A stretch of DNA of 64,000 bases, taken from Marsupella aquatica (Eukaryota; Plantae; Marchantiophyta). A program made the position numbers and the translations under genes. Positions 27,192 through 41,562 of the stretch are shown here, piece after piece. The stretch covers positions 4,734,510-4,798,509 of the forward strand of contig OZ316892.1 in the NCBI GenBank assembly GCA_973895155.1, written 5' to 3'. The notes under the pieces were generated by a model. That model was given only the letters and a program-made list of their open reading frames with translations. It did no database searches and had not been told where the DNA came from. Positions within the stretch are counted from its first letter, which is position 1. Each line of letters begins with the position of its first letter.

Positions 27192-27900
27192 GAAAGACAC
27201 GACGGACGCACGGAGACGGAAAGGGGGGACCAACGCAAGTTTCTACACGACGTCAACAAGGAGCCCTACCGGGAAGAACGGAGTTGCGATACATCTGGGC
27301 CGTCGGACTATTAAAGTAAGGGTCCAGATCAAAAGTCTGCGGTGAGAATGGGAAGGACAACCCTGTTGGCAAAATGAAAGACACGACGGACGCACGGAGA
27401 CGGAAAGGGGGGACCAACGCGACACGACGTCAACAAGGAGCCCTACCGGGAAGAACGGAGTTGCGATACATCTGGGCCGTCGGACTATTACAGTAAGGGT
27501 CCAGATCAAAAGTCTGCGGTGAGAATGGGAAGGACAACCCTTTTGGCAAAAGGAAAGACACGACGGACGCACGGAGACGGAAAGGGGGGACCAACGCAAG
27601 TTCTACACGACGTCACCAAAGAGCCCTACCGGGAAGAGCGGAGTTGCGATACATCTGGGCCGTCGGACTATTACAGTAAGGGTCCAGATCAAAAGGCTGC
27701 GTGGAGAATGGGAAGGACAACCCTGTTGGGTGCGTAGATCGAAGGAAAGACACGACGGACGCAGTGAGAAGGAAGAGGGGGCCAACGCAAGTTTTATAGG
27801 ACGTCACAAAAAGAGCCCTACCGGGAAGAACGGAGATGTGAGACATCTGGGCAGTCGGACTCTTAGAATAAGGGTCCAGATCAAAAGGCTGTGTGGGCAA
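27192..27900. repeat. GC-rich tandem array, ~180-190 bp x4, upstream of VMP1
   Basis: GAAAGACACGACGGACGCA...GGGTCCAGATCAAAA units start at ~27192, 27376, 27553 and 27745. Confidence 0.92.
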
Positions 27901-29235
27901 TGGGGCAGGGGGTGCATAGTAGTCAAATTTATCCCTTTGCCGTGGAGGTCTTTGGTGTTCTTCATCCAACACCTGACCATTTCTTACATACTTCAGTTCA
28001 TTATGTTGAGCTTGGGCCATATCCACCCCAAAACTGCCATCAGAATTTCATCGGTGTATCTGCACATGTAGACTTGCACAAATTTAGGGTCAAGTGTCCG
28101 TCATCACAACATTTTTTAGACAACGGGTGTTTGTGGTTCTTCAGCGTGCTTAAGCTTTCACTATTCTTCATAGGGGTGAGGTTGTTGGTGTTAGCTAGGG
28201 GCCTCTTGTCAGTTTCCTTTGCTTGACCCTTCTATGCAGTTCACCACGGCTCTTCAGTTTGCCGATAGGTAGTGACTCGGTCTTTACATCTCAGGTTTTA
28301 GTTGCGGTTGGCTTTTGCCGGGATCTCTCAGGCTCTTTGGTTCCCTCCCCTTCATTGGGTCTTTTGCCTTATGGACCATGTCTCCCTGTTGCATGCCTTT
28401 TGTGTTTAGGCAGTTTGATATATTTATTTATTTATTTTAGACATCTTGTGAAAGAGTTTTCAAAATAAAAGTCTAGGTGTGCTTGCTCAAGCCAGGTTTT
28501 CTATTTGGATAATCTTTTGGTCTAGGCAGCCATATATTCAATTATACAGTACTTTGTGGATTCAATGGGGCGGAATGGTAGAGTCTAACAAAACGAAAAT
28601 ATCATTAACCAAATACTGTACTTTTTAAGGTAAAGTGATTGGCAAACCTTTGCCAACAAAAATATGACTGGTCCAGGGCTTAAAGAGCCACTGTCCCCCA
28701 AGCAAAACTTGGTGGATCCAGGCTACTAAGATAAACTAAAAATGTGCTCTAACAGGGGAAAAAAATTGCTTTGTTTTGTCCTCCCCAAACCTGGAGGACA
28801 GTGGTAGTTTAAAGACAAGGGGGGGGGGGGTAGACCATGATTGAGGGATTCTTTCAGCAGCCACTTTTTGTCAATCAACACCTAAACCATCACACAAATT
28901 CTATACTCCTTACCATAGAGCACAACTGGTCTCCTCTGGAGTCCTTTGGAGGGGGTATTACTCTTTAGAGGCCTAAGCCTTTGGGGGCATAACTTGTCAG
29001 GGCACAACCTGGTCCATGAAACAGCACCGCGCCAAGTAGTGTGTGTGCAAAGAGCAAGGACAGAAGGAAAAAAAACCTATGTAACTTTGGCCAATAAAGT
29101 AAGAGTTAGAGCATGAACTACAGGGTATTGCGGGATGTTATTGCCCATAATCCTCAAAACTGGACTTTAATACACCTAAAGCCCACCTGCCCCTACAAAA
29201 GCCCCATTCCCTACCTAGTTTTTGCTCTTGTCATG

Positions 29236-29400
29236 TGGTGAATATTGTACTCACCATAAAAGGTGGAGCACTCACCACAAAAGGTAGACCCACGCCCATT
29301 CCTTGTCCTGTGGTGCATATTGTACTCACCACAAAAGGTAGACCCACGCCCATTCCTTGTCCTGTGGTGAATATTGTACTCACCACAAAAGGTAGACCCA
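29236..29400. repeat. 54-bp tandem repeat with an internal hairpin
   Basis: GTGGTGAATATTGTACTCACCAC (self-complementary arms) at ~29236, 29310 and 29364. Confidence 0.8.
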
Positions 29401-30420
29401 TCCCTAGTGCACAGAAATGGAAATCTGTGCACTTTATAATGAGAGTTAGGGATAACTTGTAACTCTTTATAGGTGCACTTGTGACCTGAGAGTTCTTCTA
29501 TACTATTTTTAGTAAAAGTACACGAGAATCTTACTAAAGAGGTGATACTAATCTTGATTGGGCCTGCACTGATTGGGCATGCACTAATAAAGCACAATCT
29601 AAAGCTACTCCTTTCGGCAGTGTCTAGAGTGAAGTATCTAGACCATGACTCTAAATGAGAGCATAATTGAAAAGTGAAAATGCAAACAAAAAACACTAAT
29701 GGGGCAAAGATGAATAGAAACTGCATGGAATATTTTTTTCAGTAAGGTTCTTTCTTCACCTATCTCTATTTATGTTCAAAGTGTGTAATCAGGCTAGTGA
29801 GGGCATAACTGAAAGTGAGAGGTATATATAAAAACAAGGATGGGGCAATGAATGAGAAATATCATGGAATCCTTTTCTCTAGAAGGTCTTTTTACTACTC
29901 ATCTTTGTTTTCATTCAAAGAATGGGCAATAGTGGACAATATAAATAGAGCAAAGTTTAGCCTATTTTTTCTCTATTTTCTATTTCCATAAAATATTTGC
30001 CATAAGTGGCAAATAGTTCTTATTTAGAGAATTGGAATCTAGATCTTAGCCACTAAAAAAACTGGTGAAAAGTACAGTAGTGTTGCCCATACCCTAGCTG
30101 CCAATCGCCCGGAGTTCAAATCTTGTGAGAGTGGGATCTACCAAGGTTTTTGGCTATGCTACAATTTGCCATAGCCACTCTTTTTCAAGAAACCACAGTC
30201 GAGAGTAGAAGCTCCCGACGAAACTGGATGGCTTCCTACTCTTGACTAATTTCATAAATATATATCAAACTAAACTGCCAAAAAAACAAAAACAGTCCAA
30301 CCAGGAGACAAATCCCTCAGGCAAGAAACTTGCTTTTATTTTACCTTGTTTGGTGTTAGTACTCTTTGGACCTCTATGTCTTGGACCACTTTTTCTTGGA
30401 CCACTTTTTCTTTCAAAAAC

Positions 30421-31260
30421 AAATAGCTCAGCAAAATCTGGAACAAAATTTAGAAGTCTTTCAGTTAACTCAATCAAGGGAAAAGAGGACCAGTTTTTCT
30501 TTCAAAATAAATAGCTCAGCAAAATCTGGAACAAAATTTATAAGTCTTTTACTCAACTCAATCAAGGGAGAAAAAAGAAAGGCCAAAAAGCCAAAAGGAC
30601 CATAAATTGACATATCACTGGAAAGCAAGAATCCCGGCCTCTGCTTGTGGGATAATCTGTCCAGAGGCAATCGAAGTCTTTTGGAGGTGTGATCTCTCCT
30701 ACTCTGTTTTTGTCGATCAAATCTGTATGTCCAAAACCGAAAGCAATTCAGTCGTCTTGCGCCCTTTTGCATTTCTCTCTGTCGCTGTTTACTGTCAGGA
30801 AGTGAACCTGGCTGTGCGATTTTCCGTGCTTTCTCTTTCTCTCTGTGTCGATCAATCTGTGTGTCTCGAACTGAAGCAATTCAGTCGTCTTGCTCTCGTT
30901 TTGCATTTCTCCCTGTTGCTGGTTACTGTCAGAAAGTCAACTTGGCTCTGTGAGTTTCGTGATCCCTCTGGACGGTCAAATTGATCACGGTGTAGGTCTC
31001 AAACCTAACCAATTCAGTCGGCTTGCTCCCTTTGCAGTTCGCTCTGTTGCCTGTCAGCAATTTATCTGAGGTCTTCTTGTGCTCTCTCTTTCTGTCTCTT
31101 CGGACAGAAGTCTCAAACCTGATCAGTTCAGTCGTCTTACTTTTTTGCATTTCCCTGAGTTTGCTCTTTACTGTCAGGAATTCATTTCCCTGTCCTCCCC
31201 TCTCTCCTTTTAAACTGATCAATTTCTAGGTAACCTAACTAATTTGGGCGTCTGTGCTCT
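30421..31260. repeat. Duplication (30421/30510) plus degenerate ~115-133-bp repeats upstream of NRPB11
   Basis: AAATAGCTCAGCAAAATCTGG occurs twice. CA(A/G)TTCAGTCG cores at ~30744, 30877, 31010 and 31124. Confidence 0.7.
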
Positions 31261-31450
31261 CTTTGCGTTTCTGTTTGCTGCTGTTTGCTGTCAGCAATGT
31301 ACCTTGGCTCTGCCAGTTCTCGCCTTGATTTTGGTTATGGGCGACTGATTGGCCATCATATTCTTCGCTTTCATAATTGTCTGGCAGGCTGGTAACAGAG
31401 ACGACTAGACTCGACTAGACCCAGAGTTCCAGTGAAAGAAAGGAGGCAAG

Positions 31451-32899
31451 ATGAACGCCCCGGATCGATATGAGCGCTTCGTCGTGCCCGACGGCATGAA
31501 AAAGTGAGTTCCCTCGCTCCATCTCGGGAGGTTGATGATGGTGCCCTGCCATGAAGTTGTTCAGTCTACGCACGTCTTGAAGCTCTCTGGTTTGTGATCT
31601 CATAATGCAACTGCTTAACTTCAACCTTGATCGTGATGTCGTCTGAATGTTGTTGAAGTTGAGTGAGGATATAAGGTGTCTTCATGTCCCCCCATGGAGC
31701 GAGAGAGTAGTGCTTCTCTCACACGACGATGGCCACTCCACTACCTCATCTTTATTCAATTCTCAGGGTTTAGGGTTTGTGATAGCAGCAGGGGTTCCAT
31801 TGACTCACGGAACTGGTGTGTGGATGGTTCTGTAGAGTGTCTTATCAGAGGGACACGAAAACCATCAATTCTGCAACATTTACTATTCAACGGGAGGACC
31901 ATACCGTTGGGAACGTCATCCGCATGTGAGTTCTTCCGTTTGTCTGTCTGTTGCGCCGGTGGGTTGACGAGTCAGGAGGAATTATCAGCGTGTTTTAGAT
32001 CGAAATGCAGTGACCCCTCACTTGCAAACGATTACGCGTTCATGACGTTTGCTCTATCGCGTTCTCCTTTGGCCGATACGAAGTTCTTAAAAGTTCAACA
32101 ATGTCAAAGAAGTCCCATAGCCTTTGTTTTCGGATTCATTAATTAATTTTTCATGCTGATTTGCGTTTGCACAGGCAACTGCACAGGGATCCGAGGGTGC
32201 TTTTTGCTGGATACAAACTACCCCATCCACTACAGTACAAGGTGGTGATTAAGGTAAACATGGAAATTCATTTGCTGACTATAATGACCGACTATTTTGC
32301 GAGCTGTTAAGAATTACCTATTCGAGTTCAGATTCACAGAGGGCTCTGTTGACGCATTATTCCTCGTCTGAGGAGCTACGTCTTTGGAGTGAATGATAAG
32401 AGATTCTTGACAAGCAACGGCGTGCATTTGCAGATCCAAACGACGAGCCAGTCTTCTCCCATGCAAGCATACAACCTTTCAATCAATGATTTGGACAAGG
32501 AGCTCGAACACTTGAAGAGGGTTTTTGAGGTTTGTTCAGAGCATGCTCAATTTTCACATATTTTGTACATTTTACATGACTGCATTCTCGGTTTCGGGAT
32601 GGTCTATTTTCCTGTCGTTGCAGCATGGGAATCTATATGAAGTGGTGTTTCAGTTCATAACTTCAGAACTTCTTACAGTGAATTTCAAACTACGTGGCAA
32701 TCTTTTAAAAAGGCGCTTCTGGAAGCATTTATAATCTCTTGTCACTGGGGTGATCTTTTGAACAAGATTCCTCCGATATTTATGATGATGAAGAACATGA
32801 AATTCTCATGAATATCTTGGCCTAGATCTAGAGTTGACCACGCCGTGAATCTTTTGCTTGCAGTTGGAGATTGCTCAGAAACAATCAGAGTATTACTAG
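31451..32899 (+). CDS. NRPB11: DNA-directed RNA polymerase II/IV/V subunit 11, 5 exons
   Basis: Exons 31451-31503, 31836-31925, 32175-32253, 32434-32529 and 32864-32899 give [62 protein letters not shown]. Confidence 0.96.
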
Positions 32900-33548
32900 C
32901 ATGAAATGTGGGAGAAACAGCGGGACCATACGGAATTGCCAAAGTTGGAGGGAAAGATGTCTTCTCCAGAATGGCATTTTGGGTCACAACGACACTGCAG
33001 ATGAAATCCCAGCACCTACTAGGGAGTACCTGTACGATTTTTTCCCGATATTGGCGTTTTCTGATCTACACTCTCCTAGGTACCGGCTATGTTGTCCATG
33101 TTAGCACAAGGTTCTCTCAGTGTGGAAGCTCCGCAGTGTTCAAGGAAGTATCTTCGAGAGGATTGACGACTTTGTGTTCAGAAAACATTTAACTCTAGGA
33201 TTCAGTAGACTCTCGATAGGATTTAAAGGTTCAAGGGACATACTTGTAAACGAAGGGCTACCCAGGTGCGACGCAGTGGCTATCTTTATTGGCATTTGTA
33301 AGCAACAATGATAAATACAAACATATTTCGAATATATTCATGCCGTTCTCAACCAACGAAAGCTATTCAAGTATTCATGGGGATGTGTCCCAGAACCGTG
33401 TGTTGCGAGGTTGCAGTGCCCCCGTCTAGGGAGTTTTGATGTGTCTCTTGCTCTACTTTTTCAGTCTCTCCAGTGAGCCTATATGCAATGTCTTAGCCCG
33501 CTTTTCTGTCCCAAGGTTTATATTATCTTTTCAAACTTTCCAAACTTT

Positions 33549-33770
33549 TCAGACCCTCTTGAAGTAATTTGTTACCTCTCTTTCCTCTTTCTTTTACATT
33601 CTTTGTTGCACATCATTCTCAGACCATCTTGAAGTAATTTGTTACCACTCTTTCCTCTTTCTTTTACATTCTTTGTTGCACATCATTCTCAGACCCTCTT
33701 GAAGTAATTTGTTACCTCTCTTTCCTCTTTCTACACTGTCTTTTACGTTCTTTGTTGCACCTCATTGCAG
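33549..33770. repeat. ~70-bp tandem repeat x3
   Basis: TCAGACCCTCTTGAAGTAATTTGTTACC occurs three times in the region between the convergent NRPB11 and Cpn60B 3' ends. Confidence 0.9.
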
Positions 33771-34872
33771 GTAACACGAACAGCCTGAAATCCGGTAGTG
33801 TTGCATGATATAGTCAACTCATGATTGCTTCCAAAATCGCTTCGTAAAACCCTGTACGAGCGATGCATGTTGAGAGCCAGGTCTCATTTAATACAAGCCC
33901 CACGGAGGAACTTTTCTTCATCGTTTGTACACCATACATTTAATGATTGCTAAATGATCCGTTTCTTCCGTTTCAATTTTGGATGCTTCAACTTAACGCA
34001 ACGTTCCAGCAGACTGGTAAAATAATGCGAGAAAATTCGACAGGTCGTCTCTGGATGTAAGCTTCCTAAAACCATCACACTGCTCCAAGAGGAAAAGCAT
34101 CTCGGGCAGGCAAGTGAACTGCATTTACAGAGAACATTTACCATTCATATCACGCCCTGAGGAAGCCAATTGCGTTTCTTATTTGACAGAGGTCACCTGG
34201 AAGTAACTTAGAATGCAAACCAAAGTAACCAAATACCACATCCACCATATACTCTACATGCCAAGACCACCGTGCAGCTACTGTACGAGGGATCCCTGTC
34301 ATGCAGATGGTGACCTACTCCCACAGTCACGCCAAAGGAAATCCCAGCCTAGCAATTACGACGGCAGAGATATTCCAGATGATACCGTGGTCCGTCAATT
34401 TTAGGCTCAAGGGACGACTCGCTTCAAGAATCTCCCGCATTCAATGCTAAATGATGGAGGACATGGCTTTCCCTACTAGGGAAACATCGCCAGACCACTG
34501 CCATTCCGGCAAAGAAACAACATTCTAGACACACCGAAGCAGGAGTCACTTGACTTCCGAATAACAAAGCTTGAAAGAAGACAACAGGAGGCTATTCCTT
34601 CACTTCTAAAACTTCATTGGCTTTATTGAAGAATTAATTCTACACTTGGGGACAGTAGAACTGCACCCAAACCTCAAGTGTCAATGACATCTACGAACTC
34701 ATCAATTACTTTACTTCAGGACAGGGTGATACTTAAATTGGTTGACTACCTCATATACTTTGATAACTAAGATCCGCAATTTACTAACGTATAGATTTTG
34801 GAACAAAAACCAAAACATTCACTCCGTGCTTGCTTCACCCTGTGTTGTCCTGTTGCTTGTTGTCCTAGGTTT

Positions 34873-37800
34873 CTAGTAACCATAACCTGCGCACATACAA
34901 GAAGAGTTAGCAGCATGACCGAAGAACAAATGACCTGAAGCTCAATGCATACATCAAATGAACGAGCGAATTCTTGCTCGAGGCTAGAATTTTGCTTTCA
35001 AATCAACCAGCCACAACCAACGGATCAAATGCTCCACTCATCAGGCTTACCAGAGTTATCCATTGGGTTGGAAGGGACAGCTGGCTCAGGTTCCTTAATC
35101 TCCACAACCACCACATCTGATGTTAAGAAGGTCTTCGCGACTGATCCTGCGTGTTCTAGGCAGCACCTCACGACCTTCGAAGGATCAATGATACCAGCAG
35201 CCATGAGGTCCTCATACACTCCAGTTGCAGCATTGTAGCCCCAGCTTGGGTTATCATTTGACAGAACCTGCAATTCGTTTCAAGAATATTGTTAGACAAC
35301 ACTTATCTCCCTATAAATAGCATGACTCCGTAGCTAGTACTCCAATACAAAAACAGTCCCGAGTAAGAGGAGTCAAACTATCTCTGCCCGCCCTCGTGAG
35401 TTCTACTGGTCTTTCAACAACTCAACCACGTTTGCTGGGTCAGAAACGTACCTTCTCGACAACCACGCTTCCATTTACACCCGCATTCTTTGCGATCAGC
35501 TTCAGTGGGTAGCAAAGTGCCCGCTTCACAATATCAGCACCAACCTGCGAAACAGACCCCAGCTCCAGGATCTGTTGAAATCCTTCATGCAATTCTCAAC
35601 CAAGAGTCCAGCGGTATTTCTTATTTTCTCTAGTTGTTCCACATTCCATATGACCTATTGCGTGAAGGCATATTACAGTTCTGGGCCACGTTCCTGCATT
35701 GCCTCTACAGGCTTATCTGGAGGGCTTTTGAGGATTCTTAAGACAAGTTTTGCTAAGTTGTCAATATCGACCAAATAACACACACCTTCTGCTCATGGTT
35801 GTCAAGGGTTTCCTTAATGGCATCTACTTTGGCTGCCAATCTCAATAGGGTGGAGCCTCCTCCAACAACGATTCCCTCCTCGACAGCAGCCTGCACGACA
35901 TAGAAAATCATCCAAGTAGTGAAAAGTCCAGCTCAACGAACCTGCACGTATCCCTGATCTACAAAACTTGTATCTTGAAGCTTTAAGAAAACAGAAAATA
36001 GAATGCCAACCTTGGTTGCATTGAGAGCATCTTCAACTCTCAGTTTCTTCTCCTTCAGTTCGGTCTCTGTCTGAGCTCCAACCTGCAATATGCGGCCCGG
36101 GGAAAACAGTGTAAGCAGAAGCATCCAACGCATTCAAGTACAATCTCGGCAGATTAGGAAACAACCGACTCAAAAACCATCGGGAAACTAGTGACACGTG
36201 CCAACTTACGAGTTCCACATTCGTAATTGGAAACATGGTAATGGGAACCAGGAACTCGAGACAGTCCAGAGCTTCTGAAGGAACTCGAGGTTGCCACAAT
36301 TTCATACCTGAATAATGGCCACACCACCAGAGAGCTTCGCTATCCTCTCGTTCAGCTTCTCCTTCTCATATTCTTGTTCGGCATTCTGAAAACGAAGAAA
36401 GGACATATTTAGGGTAAGCATCGAGTCATACACATGCCATAACCATGCCTAGTAAAAACGGTTCCTACACTTTTTCAATAGAGATCGGCTTCACCCCTAA
36501 AGAGTTTAAAAGAGCCCCCAACCCTGAGACGCAGTCCAATGTGCACCTCCTCTCCATGCCTGATTGTCCCATAGCCTACAAAACCTGACGTGGCCCAGGG
36601 CAATTGTACTGGCCCAAAGAAGAGAGAGTAGTGCCACCCAACCCAAGTAGCAAGACTTAACACAAAGGCACCTTCTCAGATATCTGCGGGAGTATACCTC
36701 TATTAAGTTTCTAATCTGGTTGACCCGCTGGCTGACAGCCTCTTGAGTGGTTCCATCTCCAACGATAGTTGTGGAGTCCTTGGTCAATTCCACTTTGGCG
36801 GCATTGCCCAAAACTTCCCTTCCTACCTTGTCAAGGGAGAGGCCCAGTTCATCTCTGACAACAGTTGCTGCATTGAAGAGAAACACATGCAGAGTACACC
36901 ATGATGCAATTTGGTCAGAGAATAAGAAAAAAAGATCTGTTGCAGCACAATTCGTTACCCGATTGTCCATTGAGCAGGATCACATAATTCCCTGATCTGC
37001 AACTTCCCCGCCACAGAATCCGGAAAGAGGAATATGGAAATATTTGTTACGTCTCACCTCCAGTCAGAACTGCGATGTCGTCCAAGTACTGGCTCTTCCG
37101 CTCTCCAAAGCCAGGTGCCTTCAAAGCCGCTATCTTCAAAGAACCTCGAAGCTTATTGACCACCAGGGTAGCCAACGCTTCCTGCTCAATGTCCTCAGCA
37201 ATAATCAGGAGAGGATAGCCGCCGCGAATAGCATCTTCGAGAATGCCAATCATGTCACGTGCAGTGGTGATCTTCTTGTCGACAAGGAGGAGCTGTAAAA
37301 AAACATAGAAATATAGTAAACCATAGTGCCTGACAAAAGTCAAGTTTTGACATGATCAGCAGATCCTTTTTCGTGTCGAAGCCAAAAGATTACACATACC
37401 TTGCAGTTGTCATATTCAATAGACATTTTCTCTGGATCAGTCACAAAGTACGGAGAGATGTAGCCACGGTCAAATTGCATTCCCTCAACCACATAAAGAC
37501 TGTTTTCGGCACTCTTTCCCTCCTCGAGGCTGACAACACCCTTTCTGCCAACCTTAGCCATAGCCTCGGCAATCATATTACCAATCTCGTAATTGTTGCC
37601 AGCGCTAACGGCTGCCACGTCAGCCAGTTCACTGTCCTCGACCTGCATCCCGATGAAGTACAATATTAGCATCGATTACTAACTCAAACCATTGAATGCT
37701 ATCAACTTGCATCCTGCAGCTTAACCTTATAAAGGTGGAACCACGATCTCTGAGAACAAACTCACATCCTTAGACAGTTTCTTCAACTCCTTGACGAGGG

Positions 37801-39365
37801 CAATAATAGTTTTATCAATGCCTCTTGTGATTTGGATGGGGTTGGCACCAGCTGCCACAACCTGTCAATTGGCATAACATTCGTTTCGGTACAAGTAAGA
37901 GAGAAATTTGTTAAGCAATGTAATTGATATTGAGCATGTGGGCAAAAGAGGCCCTTAAAGCCCGATAGAAAGCACAAAATTTAAGAGTCATCGGGAGAAC
38001 ATAGTGGCATCTCCTTAACATTATGATATCAAAGAAAAGACTTTCAAATTAAGATCACTGACCTTCACGCCTTCGGCAATCAGACCTTGCGCAAGAACAA
38101 CTGAAGTGGTTGTTCCATCTCCAGCCAAGTCATTGGTTTTGGCAGCAGCCTGTCTCACCAACTTTGCGCCAATGTTCTCCACTGGATCCTCGAGCTCCAC
38201 CTGAAGAATAACGACCAAAGTCAGTGGCTGAAACACTGAAACTAGAGCTCAATCTCCACTATAATATACGCGACAAACCAGATATCTCCCCGAGGATCCA
38301 GGACGAAAAGTTACAGAGAGCGCCAAGGAAGAAGATAACGAGAGCTGCGAAAAAGTCGACGGCGACTGCAAAAAACGCAACTACAAATACACAGCACAGC
38401 ACCACACGGTGCTGTTATCACCAGGAATGGCACTGACCTCCTTAGCCACTGTGACACCATCGTTCACAATTTTTGGAGAACCATATTTGCTCTCGAGCAC
38501 AACATTCCGTCCCTTGGGTCCAAGAGTGACACCAACCAAGTCTGCCAACTTGTTGACTCCAATCTGCATCAACAGTCAAAATACGCAATTACAAACCTGT
38601 CCTAAACCCGGTAGTTGCGAAGATGGCCGCTCCTGACACTGAGTGGGGCTTTCGACGTTACATTCCAAAAGGGCCAAGACAATCCCGTACATAGAGTACA
38701 GAGGACAGCATACAAAAACCCTTCTTAAACCTCGGAATCCGTCCCTTATACCAGCAACTAGTGGGGCACACCTTCCGTGAGGCCGCCGATACCTTGGAAA
38801 GCGCAAAGAGGACTGCAGTCTAAAACCCTCTCTTCAACCCTATTAATTCAGCTCTCAGTACAATCTAGACTGTTGGTAAACCCTTGGAGAAGAACCAGCA
38901 CCGACAGCAGCTCAACAACACAGCCTTCTTAAACCTCCTATCCCCTTCACAGGCACTCAAACACCATCCAACTGCAACTCAGGACGATAACCTTCACCTT
39001 AGAGGCCAACGAAGCGAGCAAACCTACGACGACCTAGAGCCATACCGGAAGCTCAAACATTCGACTGTACTTCCAGTGTAGCACGGGAGGGGCGCAATCA
39101 TCCACACCTGCATTCTCTTAGTGGCGGAGCCGTCATGGTTGAAGTAGAGCTCCTTGGCCATGGCGGTGGTGGTGAGCGCCGACCGCCCTCTCCTACCGCC
39201 AACCCTCTTCCCACTGCTCCCGCAGACATCCTTTAGCGAAAGCCTGGAGAAAGCCGATGACGACGACGCCGAGAGAGACCCCGCTGCCACCTTCTGCTGC
39301 TTCAACGGAGCCGCAGCACTCGCAACAGCGGCTGCCGACGTCAAAGCTCCAATCGCAGAAGCCAT
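34873..39365 (-). CDS. CPN60B: Plastid chaperonin 60 beta subunit (RuBisCO large-subunit binding protein beta), multi-exon
   Basis: Ala/Ser-rich transit peptide, then [81 protein letters not shown] and the C-terminus NPMDNSGYGY*. Confidence 0.97.
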
Positions 39366-39941
39366 TTCTTCCACTCCAAATGCAAATCTAGACCACCTCA
39401 AAGTGCAGAACGGCCCTCGAGTCTACTGCAATCGAGAGAGAGAGAGAGAGAGCAATCCAGAGCGAGGGAGAGAAAGAAGGGCGGAGAAAGCGAAGCAGAT
39501 AACAATGGAGAGCGCAAGGCGGACAAGGATTGGAGCGAGCGAGCGAGCGAGCGAACGAACGGAAGAAGAAGCGATTCGTCAAAGGAGCGGAGGGACGATG
39601 TCGCAGGTGGGGAGCAAGCAAGCAAGCGAAGCGCGCTCTTCTCACGAGGCCGAGAAATGGAGAATCCAATCCAATCCAATCCAATCCACCCCACCGAGCA
39701 CCGAGCGACAAGTACAGTGCTCCTGCGGATGCCGACTCTCACAGTCGGGGTTTGCGACTCTGCGCCAATGCCGGAGATATTTGGGGCAGCAATTAAAGTT
39801 CGAGACCCACCGAGAGAGAGCGAGAGAGAGAGAGAGAGCAAAGCGAGAGGAGAAGAGAGAGCGAGAGAGAGAGAGAGAGAGCAAAGCGAGAGGAGAAGAG
39901 AGGAGAAGGAAATAATAGAGTTCCCGTTCCCACCCACATTT

Positions 39942-40230
39942 TTCTGAAAATGATAGCTTTATCCACAACTTCATTGATTTATATTTTAGTAGCCCCATTA
40001 TCAAACCCACCCACAGTCGTTCTGAAAATGATAGCTTTATCCACAACTTCATTGATTTATTTTTTAGTAGCCCCATTATCAAACCCACCCACAGTCGTTC
40101 TGAAAATGATAGCTTTATCCACAACTTCATTGATTTATTTTTTAGTAGCCCCATTATCAAACCCACCCACAGTCGTTCTGAAAATGTTCTGAAAATGACA
40201 GCTTTATCCACAGCTTCATTTATCTATTTT
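39942..40230. repeat. 78-bp tandem repeat x3+ upstream of CPN60B, next to (GA)n and (CAATC)n tracts
   Basis: TTCTGAAAATGATAGCTTTATCCAC at ~39942, 40020 and 40098, plus a partial copy at ~40187. Confidence 0.92.
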
Positions 40231-41562
40231 TTACATTCTGGCTTTTGCTTTCATAATGGTGATCCTAAGCATAAATTATGAAAGCATAAGTAGCCCCATT
40301 ATGAAAGCAAAAGCCAGTATGGATGAGACATTGTCCCTGCCCATTGACTGAGTAAAGAGAGAGTCATTTTTACTCTAAAAAGAAAGAAAGAAAATCGGGT
40401 CGTAGATTGCAGTTGACTACTTTGATGACCTTGGGGATAAAGTAGTCAAGTAGTTAATATATATGAAGCTGCTATAATGGTGAATCAACCTTTCAAATCT
40501 TGTCTTATTCATATTTTGTGTTAAGTATTTTGATTTTAATGTGCCTTAACAAGGTGAATCATTTATATTAATATGATTTTGAATTAACTTTTGGACCCCT
40601 TCTAATTTTAGTGAATTTAGAGTATTTTGAAATGTATTTGGCTCCCCTCATAAAGGTTTAATCTTTTTCTTTTCAATCACTCCTTAGTGAATTCTAGTTT
40701 TTCTCATGAGAGTGAAAGAAATGAATTTAAACAATGTGCACATCTGGTGCACTAAGTTTCCCTGTGGTGTCCTTTACAAAATTTATGGTTTTAATTGAGT
40801 TGACTATTATTACCTAGAAGCAAATGAAAGTCTGTCACGTATGTGCACAACTTTTTAGTACATTTGTACTTTACCGTCATAATCTTATTTTCTTTGCATG
40901 TGTACTTATGTTTTTGTGTGTTATGTCACTCACTCTTAACTAACCTATATTAATTTATTGCCATATACTTTACATGACCTGCTTCTTTTATCATAAAATA
41001 AAATTACATATCATTACAAGACAAAAAAGAGGCATGTTCCAAGATGAACATGCTAAAATGAACATGCTATATCAAGACATCATGGTAACCCTGAGTAACG
41101 GCATGAAGTCTTGACGTATTTCAGGTTCAAGGTCATCAAGTCATCAAGGTACCAAGAAAACCGGTTCGATAATGTAATTGAAACAGGCTGCAAATGGTAA
41201 AGAGACCGTTTACAGGTCACATTTCAAATCAGGTGTAAATAGTATCTGAGTTTAAGTATTCTGAGCAAGTCCATCCAAAATTCATAGACAAAGTGTAAGT
41301 CCATCCAGGCTTTAGTTTCCTGATTATCCGTTCCTTAATTTCATTTTTATTTTACTAGCCTGATTATCCTTTCCTTGAATGTAAGAAACAGAGATAAGTA
41401 AAGAAAGATGAAGACCGAAAAAAGTGGCAAAACAAATTCTATACTGTTAAACTCTACCTATAACTAGAGTTACTTTCACCATGGTTACATTAACCTCCAT
41501 GTATATATATCAATACCATTGAGTAAACACAAGACTGAATCATTCTCATTCATCTCGTATCA

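Noticed and set aside
27192-27900. Regularly spaced repeats, superficially CRISPR-like
   Set aside because: Whole units repeat with no unique spacers, there are no cas genes, and the context is eukaryotic.
39154-40211. Long ORFs overlapping the CPN60B 5' region
   Set aside because: They are antisense or low-complexity frames produced by GC-rich exon 1, (GA)n tracts and the 78-bp repeat.
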